A stretch of 62,056 nucleotides of DNA, filler included, from Squatina squatina (lineage: Eukaryota), in the NCBI GenBank assembly GCA_031763465.1. It is 3 parts of 3 records of this genome, joined end to end, with 100 filler letters (N's around TTAATTAATTAA, not from the genome) between each part and the next. Parts side by side here need not be neighbours in the genome. Positions count along the whole stretch, not along the records: positions 1 to 19,738 come from JARFOE010000234.1; 2 more parts are not named here. One strand, written 5' to 3'. A program made the position numbers and the translations under genes. This document shows, piece by piece, positions 1 through 12,545 of this stretch (position 1 is the stretch's first letter; each line of letters opens with the position of its first letter). The notes beneath the pieces are model-generated. The model was not told where the DNA came from. It ran no database searches and saw only the letters and a list, made by a program, of their open reading frames with translations.

Positions 1-67
1 TAAAACTCAGGTTATTGTCCAGAAAGTTTCAATTTGGGCACAATTCTACACTTACTACAAAGGCACA

Positions 68-370
68 ATGGCTATTGCCGCCTATTTCACAATGCAGCAA
101 GATCTTGAGGACAGAGAGGCCCAAGAACATAGAAAATGCACCACTCGCAAAACAAATTATCCATAGGCAGTGGATCTATCTTAGCAGCAGAAGCTTTGAG
201 GTGTTCTGTGCCTATAGATGTAGACTATTTTTCCATCAATGTGGAACTTACATTTTTATTTATATTTCAGCTCAGCCTCTGAAGGCAAAGCTCTAAGGTA
301 AGGAGTTTTTGCAGTGTCCAAGTCCTGGCAATTCTGCGTGCAGGCACTCAAACAGGTAGAGCATTCTAAA
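68..370 (+). pseudogene. Possible highly decayed PIF/Harbinger transposase N-terminus
   Basis: Broken frames ...RKTNYP / RQWIYLSSRSF / AQPLKAKL weakly echo the Harbinger N-terminal pattern seen more clearly at 7320-7620 and 43620-43775. Confidence 0.25.
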
Positions 371-1639
371 AAAGAATCCTGCAGATATTCTCTTGGTCCT
401 AGATAAAGATCAAAAAATATTTCTTGGTTAAAAAAAAATCTGTTGCAAAGAAAATTACCATTAGCTCATAACACATCATTTATTTTTTTGGCAATTATGA
501 CCTTTTGATTGATGGCTTAATGTGAGTTGTAGCTATTTAGAAGGCGTTTTTCATTAGAGCTGATTTTGAGGTACTGCACCAATGCGACATTTTTAAATCT
601 AGGCCATAGGTCCAAGCATCAAATAACAAGAGATGTGAAATATAATCAATAACAATATCATTAGCATGATGCAATTTGAAAAGATAGTAAAACAAATAAT
701 TTATCCTGTTTATTAAAATCTGTTCTATTGCAAAATATGTAGAAATACTAATGCTTTTTAATATATCACCATGGTAATCAGTTTAGAACCAATTGATTCC
801 ATTTTGTTATCTTAAAGTGATGGAGGATTTTAATACAACATGGCTTGTTGCAAAGTCATGTATTGCACTTTTCATTATTACCTGAAATTGGCAATAACAC
901 TTCAAAGGAAATTAGATTTCCATTTATCCAGTTTTAATTATAACGAATGATCCGATGTAGTGATAGCTGGTATCACCATTATTGCTGAAGAATGGAAGGA
1001 GAGATATAGCTGCCACAGGTCAATCAGTTGTTTTCTTGCTCTTTTATTTGTTTACTGAGGCACATTGAGCGATGCCCTGAACAGAGAAATCGACAATGAT
1101 CTGAAATGAAGCGTGGGGGAGCAGCCCGACATCTCAAGTGGTTGACTGCTTGACTTCTGCTCAGCAAGCTTCTGGTGCCAGTCCTGTGATTTGCCGGTCA
1201 GTTCAACATGCTCAGCTCAGTTTTTAGCCAGGCTGTTAGCCCATGTCCTGCACAATGATGAGGAGTTTGAGGAGTTTTCTCTTGGAGGGATGGGGGAGGG
1301 GAGGTGGGGAAGAAAAAAATCCCAGGGCTAGAAATTCATCTCCTGTTGCACCCCATTANNNNNNNNNNNNNNNNNNNNNNNNNNNNNNNNNNNNNNNNNN
1401 NNNNNNNNNNNNNNNNNNNNNNNNNNNNNNNNNNNNNNNNNNNNNNNNNNNNNNNNNNCTCCATCCCACAAGTGCTGCTATGCCCATCCTTCAGAACTAG
1501 CACCAGGAAATGGGAGCAGCGGTTAAGGCCTGAAGTTGCTGAAGTCAACAATAACTAAGGCCAGACGGCTGCAATGTGCCCAGTAGAAAGAGAATCATGT
1601 GATTCGGTGTTACGCAATCGAATGTTGTGCCATGCGATG

Positions 1640-1690
1640 TCACGTGATCAAACCTCCAGGAATACATCCAACTAGAGTTGGCAACCCTAC
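1640..1690 (-). mobile_element. End of a hAT-like MITE (TAGGGTTGCCAAC terminus)
   Basis: cacgtgatcaaacctccaggaatacatccaactagagttggcaacccta; a homologous copy lies at ~51770-51820. Confidence 0.5.
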
Positions 1691-2979
1691 CAGTCACAGA
1701 TCTACCCTTCATGGGCTAGGCAAGCTGAACAATCAGTAGCATTGTCCTGGAGTACTGCAGGCCTGCCTGGTTCAGATATCAAATTAACGAGTCTGCCACA
1801 GAGAATGGGTTTACAATTTCACTGCACCTAATTCATCTTGCTCAAGTTTGTTTTTAATTAAACATATATGATGGGCTTGTTCAATGAGACGGTATGCTAA
1901 GTAATGTTTCAGGTGCATGTGCAGTAATTTGTAAAGTGGTTGCCATTTGATGCCGATGGCTATGCTAATATTTCTATTGAACTGTCAGGGTTTTTTGTCA
2001 GAGCCAGGACAGGACTGTACTCATCCATTNNNNNNNNNNNNNNNNNNNNNNNNNNNNNNNNNNNNNNNNNNNNNNNNNNNNNNNNNNNNNNNNNNNNNNN
2101 NNNNNNNNNNNNNNNNNNNNNNNNNNNNNGCAAGGACAGGAATGTACTCATCCATTTTTTTCCCCCCTCCTTTGTGAAGATGTTTGTGTGTCTGTTGGCG
2201 ATAATGATTCTGAGAAAATATCCAGATTTATCGCAGCAAACAACTACACGCATACCAGCCTTGTATCTATCAACCTTCTGGCCAGCGTGCTGATTTTATG
2301 GGCATGCATTCTCTGATTATGTTTTCAAAACACTGGAGACATAACTTTCGACCATTGAGGAGATTTGTAAGCGTACTGCTAACCCATTAGTGCATTCATT
2401 AGAGTCACAGTTAAGTGAGAAATGGCTATACACAGACAACTGCCTAACAGCTCCACAATGGCATTGTTCATGAAGTGAATGATTTCTTACTTCTTTGCTT
2501 TCATTATGACTGAAATGGCTTAATTACTGGGATGTTTGCGCGAACTGATCTATCTCATTATCTGCTGTACTTAAAATTCTGATGCATTTTATAATGCTGC
2601 TGGAAACAGCGATTGTGCTCTCCCTTTATTTATTGGAATAGATTCATAAAATACTATAGAATCATGGAAATTTCAGCAGAGAAGGGAACTATTTGATCCA
2701 TTATACCACTGCTAGCTCCACATCAAAGGTATCTACTCTACTCCCATTTCCCAGCTCCTTTAATACATATAATAGTGCACGTTCCCTTCTNNNNNNNNNN
2801 NNNNNNNNNNNNNNNNNNNNNNNNNNNNNNNNNNNNNNNNNNNNNNNNNNNNNNNNNNNNNNNNNNNNNNNNNNNNNNNNNNNNNNNNNNTGACGGGTGA
2901 CTTTCATTCTGATTTTCTATCCTTTCATGCGAGGAAACACTTGACGTTCATTCAGCATTTCCTTGCAACAATTGGGTTG

Positions 2980-3140
2980 AGGCCAGAAAATTCACCCTTG
3001 CAGAGGGTGGGTAGTACCAACCGTGCCCTACCATTCCATAGCAGTGGATCAGAGGTCTGACAAGCTGCACCACCGTGCTGCACTCCTTTTACATTACCAT
3101 GAGGGCCTTTGATTTGCATAAAACATTCCAGCCATGTCTC
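2980..3140 (+). mobile_element. Harbinger-like non-autonomous element end
   Basis: Begins GGCCAGAAAATTC, similar to the GGGCTAGAAATTC / GGCCGGAATTTT ends elsewhere in the window. Confidence 0.35.
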
Positions 3141-5009
3141 TTAAATTAGTCCAGACCATCCTTTTGAATAACATTCTTCACATGCAGCTGTTACTAAGCA
3201 ACAGTGGCTCTGCGTGACACGAATCATAACCTCATTAGCACATTAGCTCACATTCACTTGTACTACCATCTCCCACTGACAGACAGTACCTGAACACGAC
3301 AAAAAACAATGCCACGCTCACTATTCCTGTTCGCTCTTCAACCTCACATCAAATGCCTTTTTCCTGACAAAAACATGCCACCAATCCGAAACCAATAGGC
3401 ATGATCTTGTCGCAAATTTCCCTGCCACATTCGCATCGCCTTCTCACTTTTACCCTGCCATAGGTGTTTCTTCAGCACGAATTATGCTTCTTTATAAATG
3501 CCACAATTAGTATTCCAGCACTCAACACACAGTGACACCACCCCCCCCCCCTCACACTGATACCACTAGAACCCCCTCTATTTTAGTAGCTCTTTCAATC
3601 TCTGCTCAAACCATTGTTAAAGACGTGACACCATTTAATATACAGGATCATGAAAAATGCCCCTAATTTCCTCAAAAACACACAGATAACTTTAAAAGGA
3701 AGACACCATGCTAAGCTGTTGAATAGAGAAAATTTATTCCACATATATAGATAACTCACAAATGCCACAGACAGGAGCAGCTTTATCAGTACATAAACTC
3801 TGTATTCAACGCCTTCCTGTTACAGATCTATAGATACGATTGATGCTGATACAGCGAAGACCATTATTTAATAGCTATTCTGTGGAGATTATTTTATGGA
3901 CGAGATGAAATGTGATGGAAAGAGGGAAAAGAATGAACATTTCTACATTTTCAAAGTGCACTTATTAGTAATGAAAGGATAAATAATTATTAGCTGACTA
4001 TTTTATCTCTGGTCCCTAAAGATATAACTGAATAATAGTCGAAGGTTTCTTGAGGTCAGTAGAATGGATGAGAAAAGCAGCATGGCCGTGAAATGATGTG
4101 CTGTCTGAAGTATGGGAGGACTCNNNNNNNNNNNNNNNNNNNNNNNNNNNNNNNNNNNNNNNNNNNNNNNNNNNNNNNNNNNNNNNNNNNNNNNNNNNNN
4201 NNNNNNNNNNNNNNNNNNNNNNNNNNNNNNNNNNNNNNNNNNNNNNNNNNNNNNNNNNNNNNNNNNNNNNNNNNNNNNNNNNNNNNNNNNNNNNNNNNNN
4301 NNNNNNNNNNNNNNNNNNNNNNNNNNNNNNNNNNNNNNNNNNNNNNNNACCACCTATTGATTACAAGCTGCCATAGCCATAATCCGATTAGAAAGCAGTA
4401 ACACTGGTTTCTATATCTGGAGCCTGACTCAGATTTCATTGTGTGGAAAAGAATGACATCACCCTGGCTGCATCTGTTTTTTAAACTAATGAAATTAGAG
4501 GATGGATTTGAAAACCATTAAAGTCAATGTTGCTTCTTATTACTGTTCAGAGTAGGCTCAAATTTACTGCACAGGGTGACAGGCTTGAAAGCATCATTTT
4601 TCATAGGTGTGTGCCCTGCATTGCTTAGCAGATCGGAGGTCAGTAGAATCAAGAGTGAATTNNNNNNNNNNCAAATCAGATGACAGAGAATACAGGATTT
4701 TACTATTGAGGTACCAATTTTTTTTGTTTTTACAATCCTTATATAACATACCTTTGGGAATAGATTGTCTGTATTCTGTAAAAACACCTTTGTTTCAACA
4801 AAAATGGAAATAGATAGTTTTTCTTATATATTTAACCTGTATGATGTGTAATATATTCTTAATGCTTGTTTCTGTTTGAAATATACTTTGTAAGTGTGTC
4901 CTTACATACNNNNNNNNNNNNNNNNNNNNNNNNNNNNNNNNNNNNNNNNNNNNNNNNNNNNNNNNNNNNNNNNNNNNNNNNNNNNNNNNNNNNNNNNNNN
5001 NNNNNNNNN

Positions 5010-5740
5010 GGGATGCTCAAGAGGCCAGTTAGAGGAATGCAGATATATCGGGTGGGGGGCGGCTATGGGGTTGAAGGAGATTAGAGATCGGGAGTTGCGA
5101 GGCCATGGAGAGATTTGAAAACAAGGATGAGAAATTTAAAATTGAGGCATTGCTTTACCGGGAGCCAATGTAGGTCAGTGAGCTTGGGTGATGGATGAAC
5201 AGGACTTGGTGCGAGTTAGGACACGGGCAGCTGAATCTTTGATGACCTCAAGTTTACGTAGGGTAGAACGTGGGAGGCCAGCCAGGAGTGCATTGGAATA
5301 GTCAAATCTAGAGGTAATTAAGTGCACGGATGAGGGTTTCAGCAGCACATGAGCTGAGGCAGGGGAGGATTAAGGCGATGTTACGCAGGTGAATATAGGT
5401 GGTCTTAGTTATGGTGCGACTATGTGGTCGGAAGATAATTTCAAGGTTAAGTATGACACCAAGGTTGCGAACAGTCTGGTTCAGTCTCAGACAGGTGCTA
5501 GGGAGAGGGATGGAGTTGGTGTCCAGGGAATGGAGTTAGAGGTGGGGACAGAAGACAATGGCTTCAGTCTTCCCAATATGTTGTTGGAGGAAATTTCTGC
5601 TCATAACAAGCAGTTTAGGGACAGTTGAGGGGTCGAGAGACGGGGTGGTGAGGTAGATCTGGATATCATCAACGTACATGTGGAAACTGATGCTGTGTTT
5701 TCGGATGGTGTCGCTGAGGGTCATCGTGTAGATGAGAAAT
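5010..5740 (-). mobile_element. L2-clade LINE, 3' part of the reverse transcriptase ORF, degenerate
   Basis: The minus frame reads LSDTIRKHSISFHMYVDDIQIYL (cf. L2 'IIRKHG.SFH.YADDTQLYL') and IGKTEAIVF, with frameshifts. Confidence 0.85.
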
Positions 5741-5777
5741 ACATTGGATAAACCCAGTGAAGCGAACGTTTTGGCTG

Positions 5778-5896
5778 TTGGTGCCGCCTCTATCTTTCGG
5801 ACGTAAAAGATCCCATTGCACTATTTCGAAGAAGAGCAGGAGAGCTATACCTGATGTCCTGGCCAATATTTATTCCTCAATCAACATAACAAAAAC
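5778..5896 (+). mobile_element. Deu-domain SINE (SacSINE1-like), internal fragment
   Basis: cggacgtaaaagatcccattgcactatttcgaagaagagcagg...gtcctggccaatatttattcctcaa matches the recalled Deu core. Confidence 0.8.
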
Positions 5897-6167
5897 NNNN
5901 NNNNNNNNNNNNNNNNNNNNNNNNNNNNNNNNNNNNNNNNNNNNNNNNNNNNNNNNNNNNNNNNNNNNNNNNNNNNNNNNNNNNNNNNNNNNNNNNCGAT
6001 CTTTTGTGCCAGTTTAAAGAACATTGTGCTAGCAGCCAGCCACTAAACTTGCCATGCCCCCTAATCAAATTAATCAGCATGGTGATTTTTCGCTAATTGC
6101 ACCCATTTGCGGGCCTTCGAGGAGGCTCTTAAAAATAAGCTGAACCTTCTAGGCATAATAGGCATGT

Positions 6168-6278
6168 TTTACAACAGTGACTACACTCCAAAAAGTACTT
6201 CATTGGCTGTAAAGTGCTTTGAGATGTCCAGTAGTCGTGAAAGGTGTTATATAAATGCAAATCTTTCTTTTCTTTCTT
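6168..6278 (+). mobile_element. Deu-SINE/L2-type 3' tail
   Basis: acaacagtgactacactccaaaaagtacttcattggctgtaaagtgctttg...tatataaatgcaaat followed by (CTTT)n. Confidence 0.8.
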
Positions 6279-6729
6279 TAAAAGCTAAAACATATGAATT
6301 TTCTTTTAATTTACTAAGAAACTGACAACTGTATGACACTATAACTAGCAAATGGTCTGCATGGTTTTTAAAGTAACTTTCAGTTAATTATAATCGGGAT
6401 CCTCACAGGTGGCGGACAAGACACTGATTAAAAATGCTTTTTTTTTAATAAACCCATTTTCAGCTGTATTAATAAAACTGCACCAAGTTACCACTCTTAC
6501 ATGTATCAAGGCAAATGTTTTTCCTAAATTATGTTCTGAAACATTGCCCAATTGCACTTGTTCATGGCAGATTTGCAAATGAGCAAAGAAAAACACTTCT
6601 GAAAACGATGCAATTTTGAGCACAATTTGCACCTGGCTCTCCGATTGCGCCCAAAGCGGAAACTCTTGGTCATAATTTTTTTTAATTGATTCTCCGGATG
6701 TGGTATTGCTGAAAGGCTGGCACTTATTG

Positions 6730-6860
6730 CTCAACTCGAGTTGCCCTCAGGTGGAGTTTCTTCTTGAACTGCAGCAGGTTGAAAATCTTGTATCCTGCAC
6801 TCACTTCCCACATCAACTTTTTCCATGTACGCCTATGGGGTGCCTAAATGCCGAGGTGCC
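6730..6860 (-). pseudogene. Decayed Myb/SANT-like (Harbinger accessory) ORF
   Basis: The minus frame APHRRTWKKLMWEVSAGYKIFNLLQFKKKLH resembles 'W..IA.EVSA...QCRKKFNDL' of the better-preserved copies. Confidence 0.4.
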
Positions 6861-7319
6861 ACAAAAAGCTGGTGACAGGGTTTGCGGTGCGATCCTCCAC
6901 AGATTGAAGATGCCTAGGACCAAATGAAAAGCACCACAGCAAGTATGCCATTTGTCCTCTTCTCTCAACAGATCTTCGGGTCTTGGGGATTTCTGGCCAC
7001 TGCTCTCCAGCAAGACCATATAGCAGGGATGTGCATGGGTGACAGTACTGGCCCATGCACAACAGCATCGTTAGGTATCAATAGGTGCAGCACGTGTGGG
7101 GAGCACTCCACCCATCTAGTGCCCAGGACAGGGGGCAGGGGTGTAAAATCATCCTTCCAATCTTCGAGTAGGTGTGGCAAGTTCTCAACAAGTTCCACAT
7201 GACCAATTGGCTGTTTTACATCCCCAAATAATGGGTGGCCACCACTGCTTATTTTAAGGTATTTTCCAACAAGTGAAATGTTATTGTTCAAAATACTGCG
7301 ATGCAGCTGCCAGCCCATT

Positions 7320-7620
7320 TGAGCAGAACCTCCATAACATGACTAATGTAACAACACTTGATACAGGAGAAATCTACAGTCGGAGATTAAAAAGAACCAA
7401 CAACAAATTACTCGAGGAATACTGGCAGTTTCAAAGCTGCCTGTGAGTTTTGCTAACTACAGACTGGTGTGACTCCAAAAATCTCCTGCAAGTCAGCATG
7501 TGCTTACTCTAAAACTATGTCTGATTTGTCTTTCATTACGAGCCAAGATACTCCATCGGGACCCATAAAGCTGCTGAAAAGGATATGGTTTCCTCCGATG
7601 GTTTCTTTCTCTGGCATCAG
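7320..7620 (-). pseudogene. Decayed PIF/Harbinger transposase N-terminus
   Basis: RRKPYPFQQLYGSRWSILARNERQIRHSFR, then AALKLPVFLE*FVVGSF*SPTVDFSCI..CYISHVMEVL (cf. 'KV..AL.FFATGSFQ...GD..GI...I.QV..AL'); in-frame stops. Confidence 0.6.
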
Positions 7621-7789
7621 CAACTGCACACATCAGATGATGTAACATCCTGCGCTTAATGTACTTNNNNNNNNNNNNNNNNNNNNNNNNNNNNNNNNNN
7701 NNNNNNNNNNNNNNNNNNNNNNNNNNNNNNNNNNNNNNNNNNNNNNNNNNNNNNNNNNNNNNNNNNATACGATAGTTTCCTGGTCAGCT

Positions 7790-7942
7790 TTACCAGCTTT
7801 TTAAAATTCCAGGTTTTATTTAATTAACTGAATTTAAATTCCCCAGTGGCCATGGTGGGATTTGAACTCATATCTCTGGATCATTAGTCCAGACCTCTGG
7901 AACACTAGTCCAGTAACATAATCACTATGTTACTGTACCCCT
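7790..7942 (-). mobile_element. tRNA-headed SINE, 5' part
   Basis: The reverse strand has A-box-like TAACATAGTG and B-box GAGTTCAAATCC; a related copy lies at ~41290-41495. Confidence 0.65.
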
Positions 7943-8324
7943 TAAGTCTGCATCCCAGCACCACTTATATTTATTTTTGTCACTGGACAGGCGCTTTCCT
8001 GTCTCTGCTCTGTATCTGCTGCTTAGGAAAAATAAACTTGGTCTTTATTGCTTTGGTTCCAGTCACAAACAGCAGTTTGGCAAACTTACATTGCACCTCA
8101 GTATATTGTTAGTTCCTCAGATTTTAAAGTTATTTTTCTCAACTATTCAAGCATCCTCAGAGCATTACCCCACAGTAAATGTTAGTTCACCAGCCTGCCT
8201 CCAGGCCTCTACATTAACTAAATGAAAAAAAATCACATAAGATAAAAAGCACACTTCAACACTTAATGTTATACAAAGACTGATAAGCCCAAATTATTCT
8301 GACTGGTCCATTTGCCCAGTTCTG

Positions 8325-8390
8325 CAAATATGAGCAGGCTTGAGGGGCCGAATGGCCTACTCTTGCTCCTATTTCTAATGTCCTTATTGA
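8325..8390 (+). mobile_element. CR1 LINE 3' end
   Basis: gagcaggcttgaggggccgaatggcctactcttgctcctatttctaatgt: CR1 3' hairpin plus tail. Confidence 0.75.
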
Positions 8391-10854
8391 ATTAAAGATG
8401 GGGAAGGGGATTGAACTGGGGCTGGGAATGGAATGGGATGGGGGTAGGGTTCTCTATGTTGGTGCAAATGTGCAAGGTAGAGGCCGTGTAAACTCTTTAA
8501 CTGCATTGTTTAACCTGTACAGCCGTACGTGACTCAAAGGTGTTCAGCTGTGTTATTTTAGTGCCGTTAATAGACTCTATGTTAAATCAGCTGTGCGGAC
8601 TTTCAAGTATTTATAGGAGTTCTTAACATCCTACCGTTCGGCTGCAATGTTTACAGCAGTTTAGGTTGGCATCAGAAACTCTCAGCTCAGCCTCAGGAAC
8701 ACTCACTCCAATTTAAGTGTCATTAACCCAACCCAAGTGAAAAGTATGCTAAGTAACGCCTCATAAAAACTCACAGAACTAACCAATTAACTATATGTAG
8801 AACTACTTTGGGAAGCTTTGAACTTTTGTCCTTATTCACCTGCTAAGCTGACTGCATTGAGGTGAAAACCATATCTGATCAAACAACTCCGTTTTCGGCA
8901 AATAAAAGGCAAAGTCCAAAACCTTCTCACACCTACACAGCACAACAATAGTTGCCATTGTCTGATATTTTTAATTTACTCGAGGATTTCAACAGTAAAC
9001 GTATTCCAATATGTACAAGCTGTGATGCTCCCATGTAACAAGCTGATATCACTGGTGTTCAAATCATATTCTACCATGTTGCCTCTGTGATTGAACAACA
9101 GGAGGTCGCTGTTCACAATCCGATCCAAGACAGTCACACCAGTAAAACCACCAACATCAGCAAGTAATGTTAAGTTTGTATTCATTCAGTGTTGCAGGCT
9201 TTTGGGTTTACATAGAATTNNNNNNNNNNNNNNNNNNNNNNNNNNNNNNNNNNNNNNNNNNNNNNNNNNNNNNNNNNNNNNNNNNNNNNNNNNNNNNNNN
9301 NNNNNNNNNNNNNNNNNNNTTAAAATGTAATCAGAGAAGCTAACTCTTAAAGGGTTAACACCACTCAGCTTCTTTTCCAGCCAGCTGATGTGTACCCTGT
9401 AGTTGATAGATAACCCACCAACATTCAAGTACTTTCTAATCAGGAATACAGTACTTGGATCAGATGTGATATACAACTATCTGACAAAGCTTTGACAGTT
9501 GAGATAAAACAGCCGCATTACGGTGTCAACTACAGTTACATTATATCGCTTTACACTACGATAAATTGATTTCTATACTCACAACCTTACCTACAGAAAT
9601 GACATTTAAAAATGCAACCTTTTATTCTTTCCCTGGTACAACAACAGTATTCCCATCAGTAAATAATACTAAAAGGAATTACAAACACAAAGAAGAAATG
9701 CAATTAGCTACTTCTGGATAGCCAATTAGCCACATGTGGCTAGCGACTAATATACTGGACAACACCGATTTAGACCAATCAAAATTAACAAATTTACAAT
9801 GCTATCGACACATGTACAGTAACAATCTAGATGCAAGGTAGATCAGATATATTTGGTATTAGAAACTGTACCTGTTCTGCTGGCTGACCATGCTTTCTTT
9901 TACATGTTTCAACAGATTATCCAATTTCTGAGCGTAATATACAAATAAAAATCAGTAGAATTAATATCAATGTTACTAAGTATGGCATCTAAAGATGTTT
10001 TTTGTAATAAAGACTAATTATGAGACCTCGTCACAGTAGTGAGTATATCAAAGTCCACAATATACCATANNNNNNNNNNNNNNNNNNNNNNNNNNNNNNN
10101 NNNNNNNNNNNNNNNNNNNNNNNNNNNNNNNNNNNNNNNNNNNNNNNNNNNNNNNNNNNNNNNNNNNNNCCCGTTTACTCCAGGTGAGGAGCAGCTGAAA
10201 ATCTCCCCATTCCATCTGCTGCATCTTGAACTTGCCACTGTTCGTGGCCGAGCTTCAGCTGTTTCAGGAACATAGCCTGCCCTAAAGCTCCCAGGAAGAA
10301 ACAATGATTCTGAATCCTCATCCAGAGTGACCTTAGCTCAGGTGTTGAAATTGCTCTTTTTTCCTGTACAAGTGACAGCCCACATTAAAAACAGAAGTTT
10401 TAGTCATGTTTGTAATGGTAACAAGGAGTGAGTCTTCGAGAGCAATAATCAGTCTATGCTGCCTTCTGATATGCCTGCCAAACATTATCCATTAACCAGC
10501 TATTGTGAAATATCTAATCTCAAGTGTCCATTTGCACCGTGTACTGGCAATCTGCACCTGGCATTTCCCAACAACGTTTGAGCTGACATCATTGTACTGT
10601 GGAACAAAGTGTGGTAAATTTCTCAAGAACTTACAACAGATGCAGTGATTGTTTAGAATGGCATCCCATACAATGCCCTTATAGTTTCAGCCATCTTATC
10701 TTTATTTTATGTCTGTCCCATAATCTGTGTTTTCTTCTCGAAGGCATGAGACTGGGTTTAAAAAATAAATGGAAGATTTAAAAAGAAATTCTCACCTGCC
10801 CTCTTGGACGGTTCTGACACATGCCGGGGTTCGGATGCATGGATGCCAGTTTCC

Positions 10855-10881
10855 GCCGTGGCTCAGTGGGTAGCACTCTCA
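10855..10881 (+). mobile_element. Deu-SINE 5' head truncated by a gap
   Basis: gccgtggctcagtgggtagcactctc (Pol III A box). Confidence 0.6.
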
Positions 10882-11004
10882 NNNNNNNNNNNNNNNNNNN
10901 NNNNNNNNNNNNNNNNNNNNNNNNNNNNNNNNNNNNNNNNNNNNNNNNNNNNNNNNNNNNNNNNNNNNNNNNNNNNNNNNNACACAATTCTCTGTCCAGT
11001 TTAA

Positions 11005-11162
11005 CATCCGATTTTGGTTTAACATCTCATCCAAACTATGGCACCTCCAACCGTGCGGCTCTCAATACTACATTGAAGTGGCAGCTCAGAATATGGTCTC
11101 TGCAGTGGGGCTTCATCCTATAGCCTTCTGACTCAGAGGCAAGAGTGTCAGCACTGAGCCTA
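11005..11162 (-). mobile_element. Deu-SINE 5' half, degenerate
   Basis: The reverse complement reads ggctcagtgctgacactcttgcctctgagtcagaagg...gttggaggtgcc...gatgagatgttaaacc. Confidence 0.7.
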
Positions 11163-11914
11163 GGCACAAAGGAACACACTGCGTAGAGCAAATTACCTGG
11201 GGCCCACGATTTCCCATACATTGCAAGGGAGAAAACCATACCCGGATGTGGGGTTACAAGATCATTTGTTACATAAAAGGCAATGTTGAAAGGGGTGCGC
11301 ATCTATTTATACAGTCATTGTTGCATTTATACATTTTGGAGCATGCATCCTGTCTTAATACTTACAAACCTCCAAATAACAAGATAGTAGACTAAACCAA
11401 GTAAATTATTCTAGAAATGTACTTTGAAATACTCACGGCCCCAGGTATCTGTAAAACACTACTGAAGAATGGACCAAACATCATCTGTTGTTTCAGTTTA
11501 TTAAATGATTTTTATTTTGCCCTCTAAAATGGTTACGTCACACCACAAATCATCAGCTTTCATTGTCTTTGCTAAATTTTATAGACTTAATAATAATAAA
11601 TCTATGCCTTGAAATAGTTTCTACAGATTATATCAATCAATCAAGCAAGCTCTTTGGGTAGGCTTCGGTATTTAAAATAAGCTTCTCAGCAAGAAAAGCA
11701 TCAAATTTTTACAGGCACTATGGCAGCAACGGCAAAATACACCATTTTCCAAACACTGCTGACAGCTTGATGAATCCAAGGAACACCTCCATTAGCACTC
11801 AGAATAGGAAAATCNNNNNNNNNNNNNNNNNNNNNNNNNNNNNNNNNNNNNNNNNNNNNNNNNNNNNNNNNNNNNNNNNNNNNNNNNNNNNNNNNNNNNN
11901 NNNNNNNNNNNNNN

Positions 11915-12545
11915 TTGACTGCTTTTTGTGTGTGAACTAGCTTTTAGTGATTTGTTTCCATAGATACCTAAATCCCATTGCTCCGAGTTTCACACATTAA
12001 GAAAATATTCCAACTTGTCTTGGATCCAAAGTGGATAACCTCACATTTCCCCCCACATCGAACTTCATCTGCCACAGTTTTACTCATTCACTTAAGTCTG
12101 TCTGTGTCCCTTTGTAACTTTCTCCTCTTATCCACACAACGTACTGTACCTGCTAACAATGTCTTCTGCAAACTTGGATATACAATTATTTATTCATTCA
12201 TCCAAGTCATTAATATATTATATTAAAAAGCCGAGGCCCCAAATCAGATTCCTGGGGACCACCACTTATCACTTGCTGCCAATTCTGTCTCCTACCTCTC
12301 ATCTAATTACTGACCCATATCCAATTCTGCTCTCTTTTTGCCACCTCAAAAAAATTCAACTTGGTCAGGCATGATTTACACTCCACAAAACCATGCAGAT
12401 TCTCTGATCAAGTGATATCTATCTTAAGAGCTTAGTCACTCTGTCTTTGATGATAGATTCCAGTAACATCCCCAGAATTGATTTTAAACTGACAGGTCTG
12501 TAGTTATCTGGTTTCTCTCTCCCTCCCATCTTAAATAATATCTAA
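11915..12545 (-). mobile_element. CR1 LINE RT fragment, old
   Basis: Minus-strand motifs NYRPVSL, HGF...KSCLT, PQESDLGP and SKFAED. Confidence 0.75.

Noticed and set aside
8976-9185. 69-aa protein-looking ORF (MNTNLTLLADVGGF...)
   Set aside because: No recognisable domain or flanking splice sites, and the length is within chance expectation.
11437-11484. Minus-strand 48-nt exon candidate (MMFGPFFSSVLQIPGA|gtgagt)
   Set aside because: The acceptor is purine-rich and the peptide is not recognisable.
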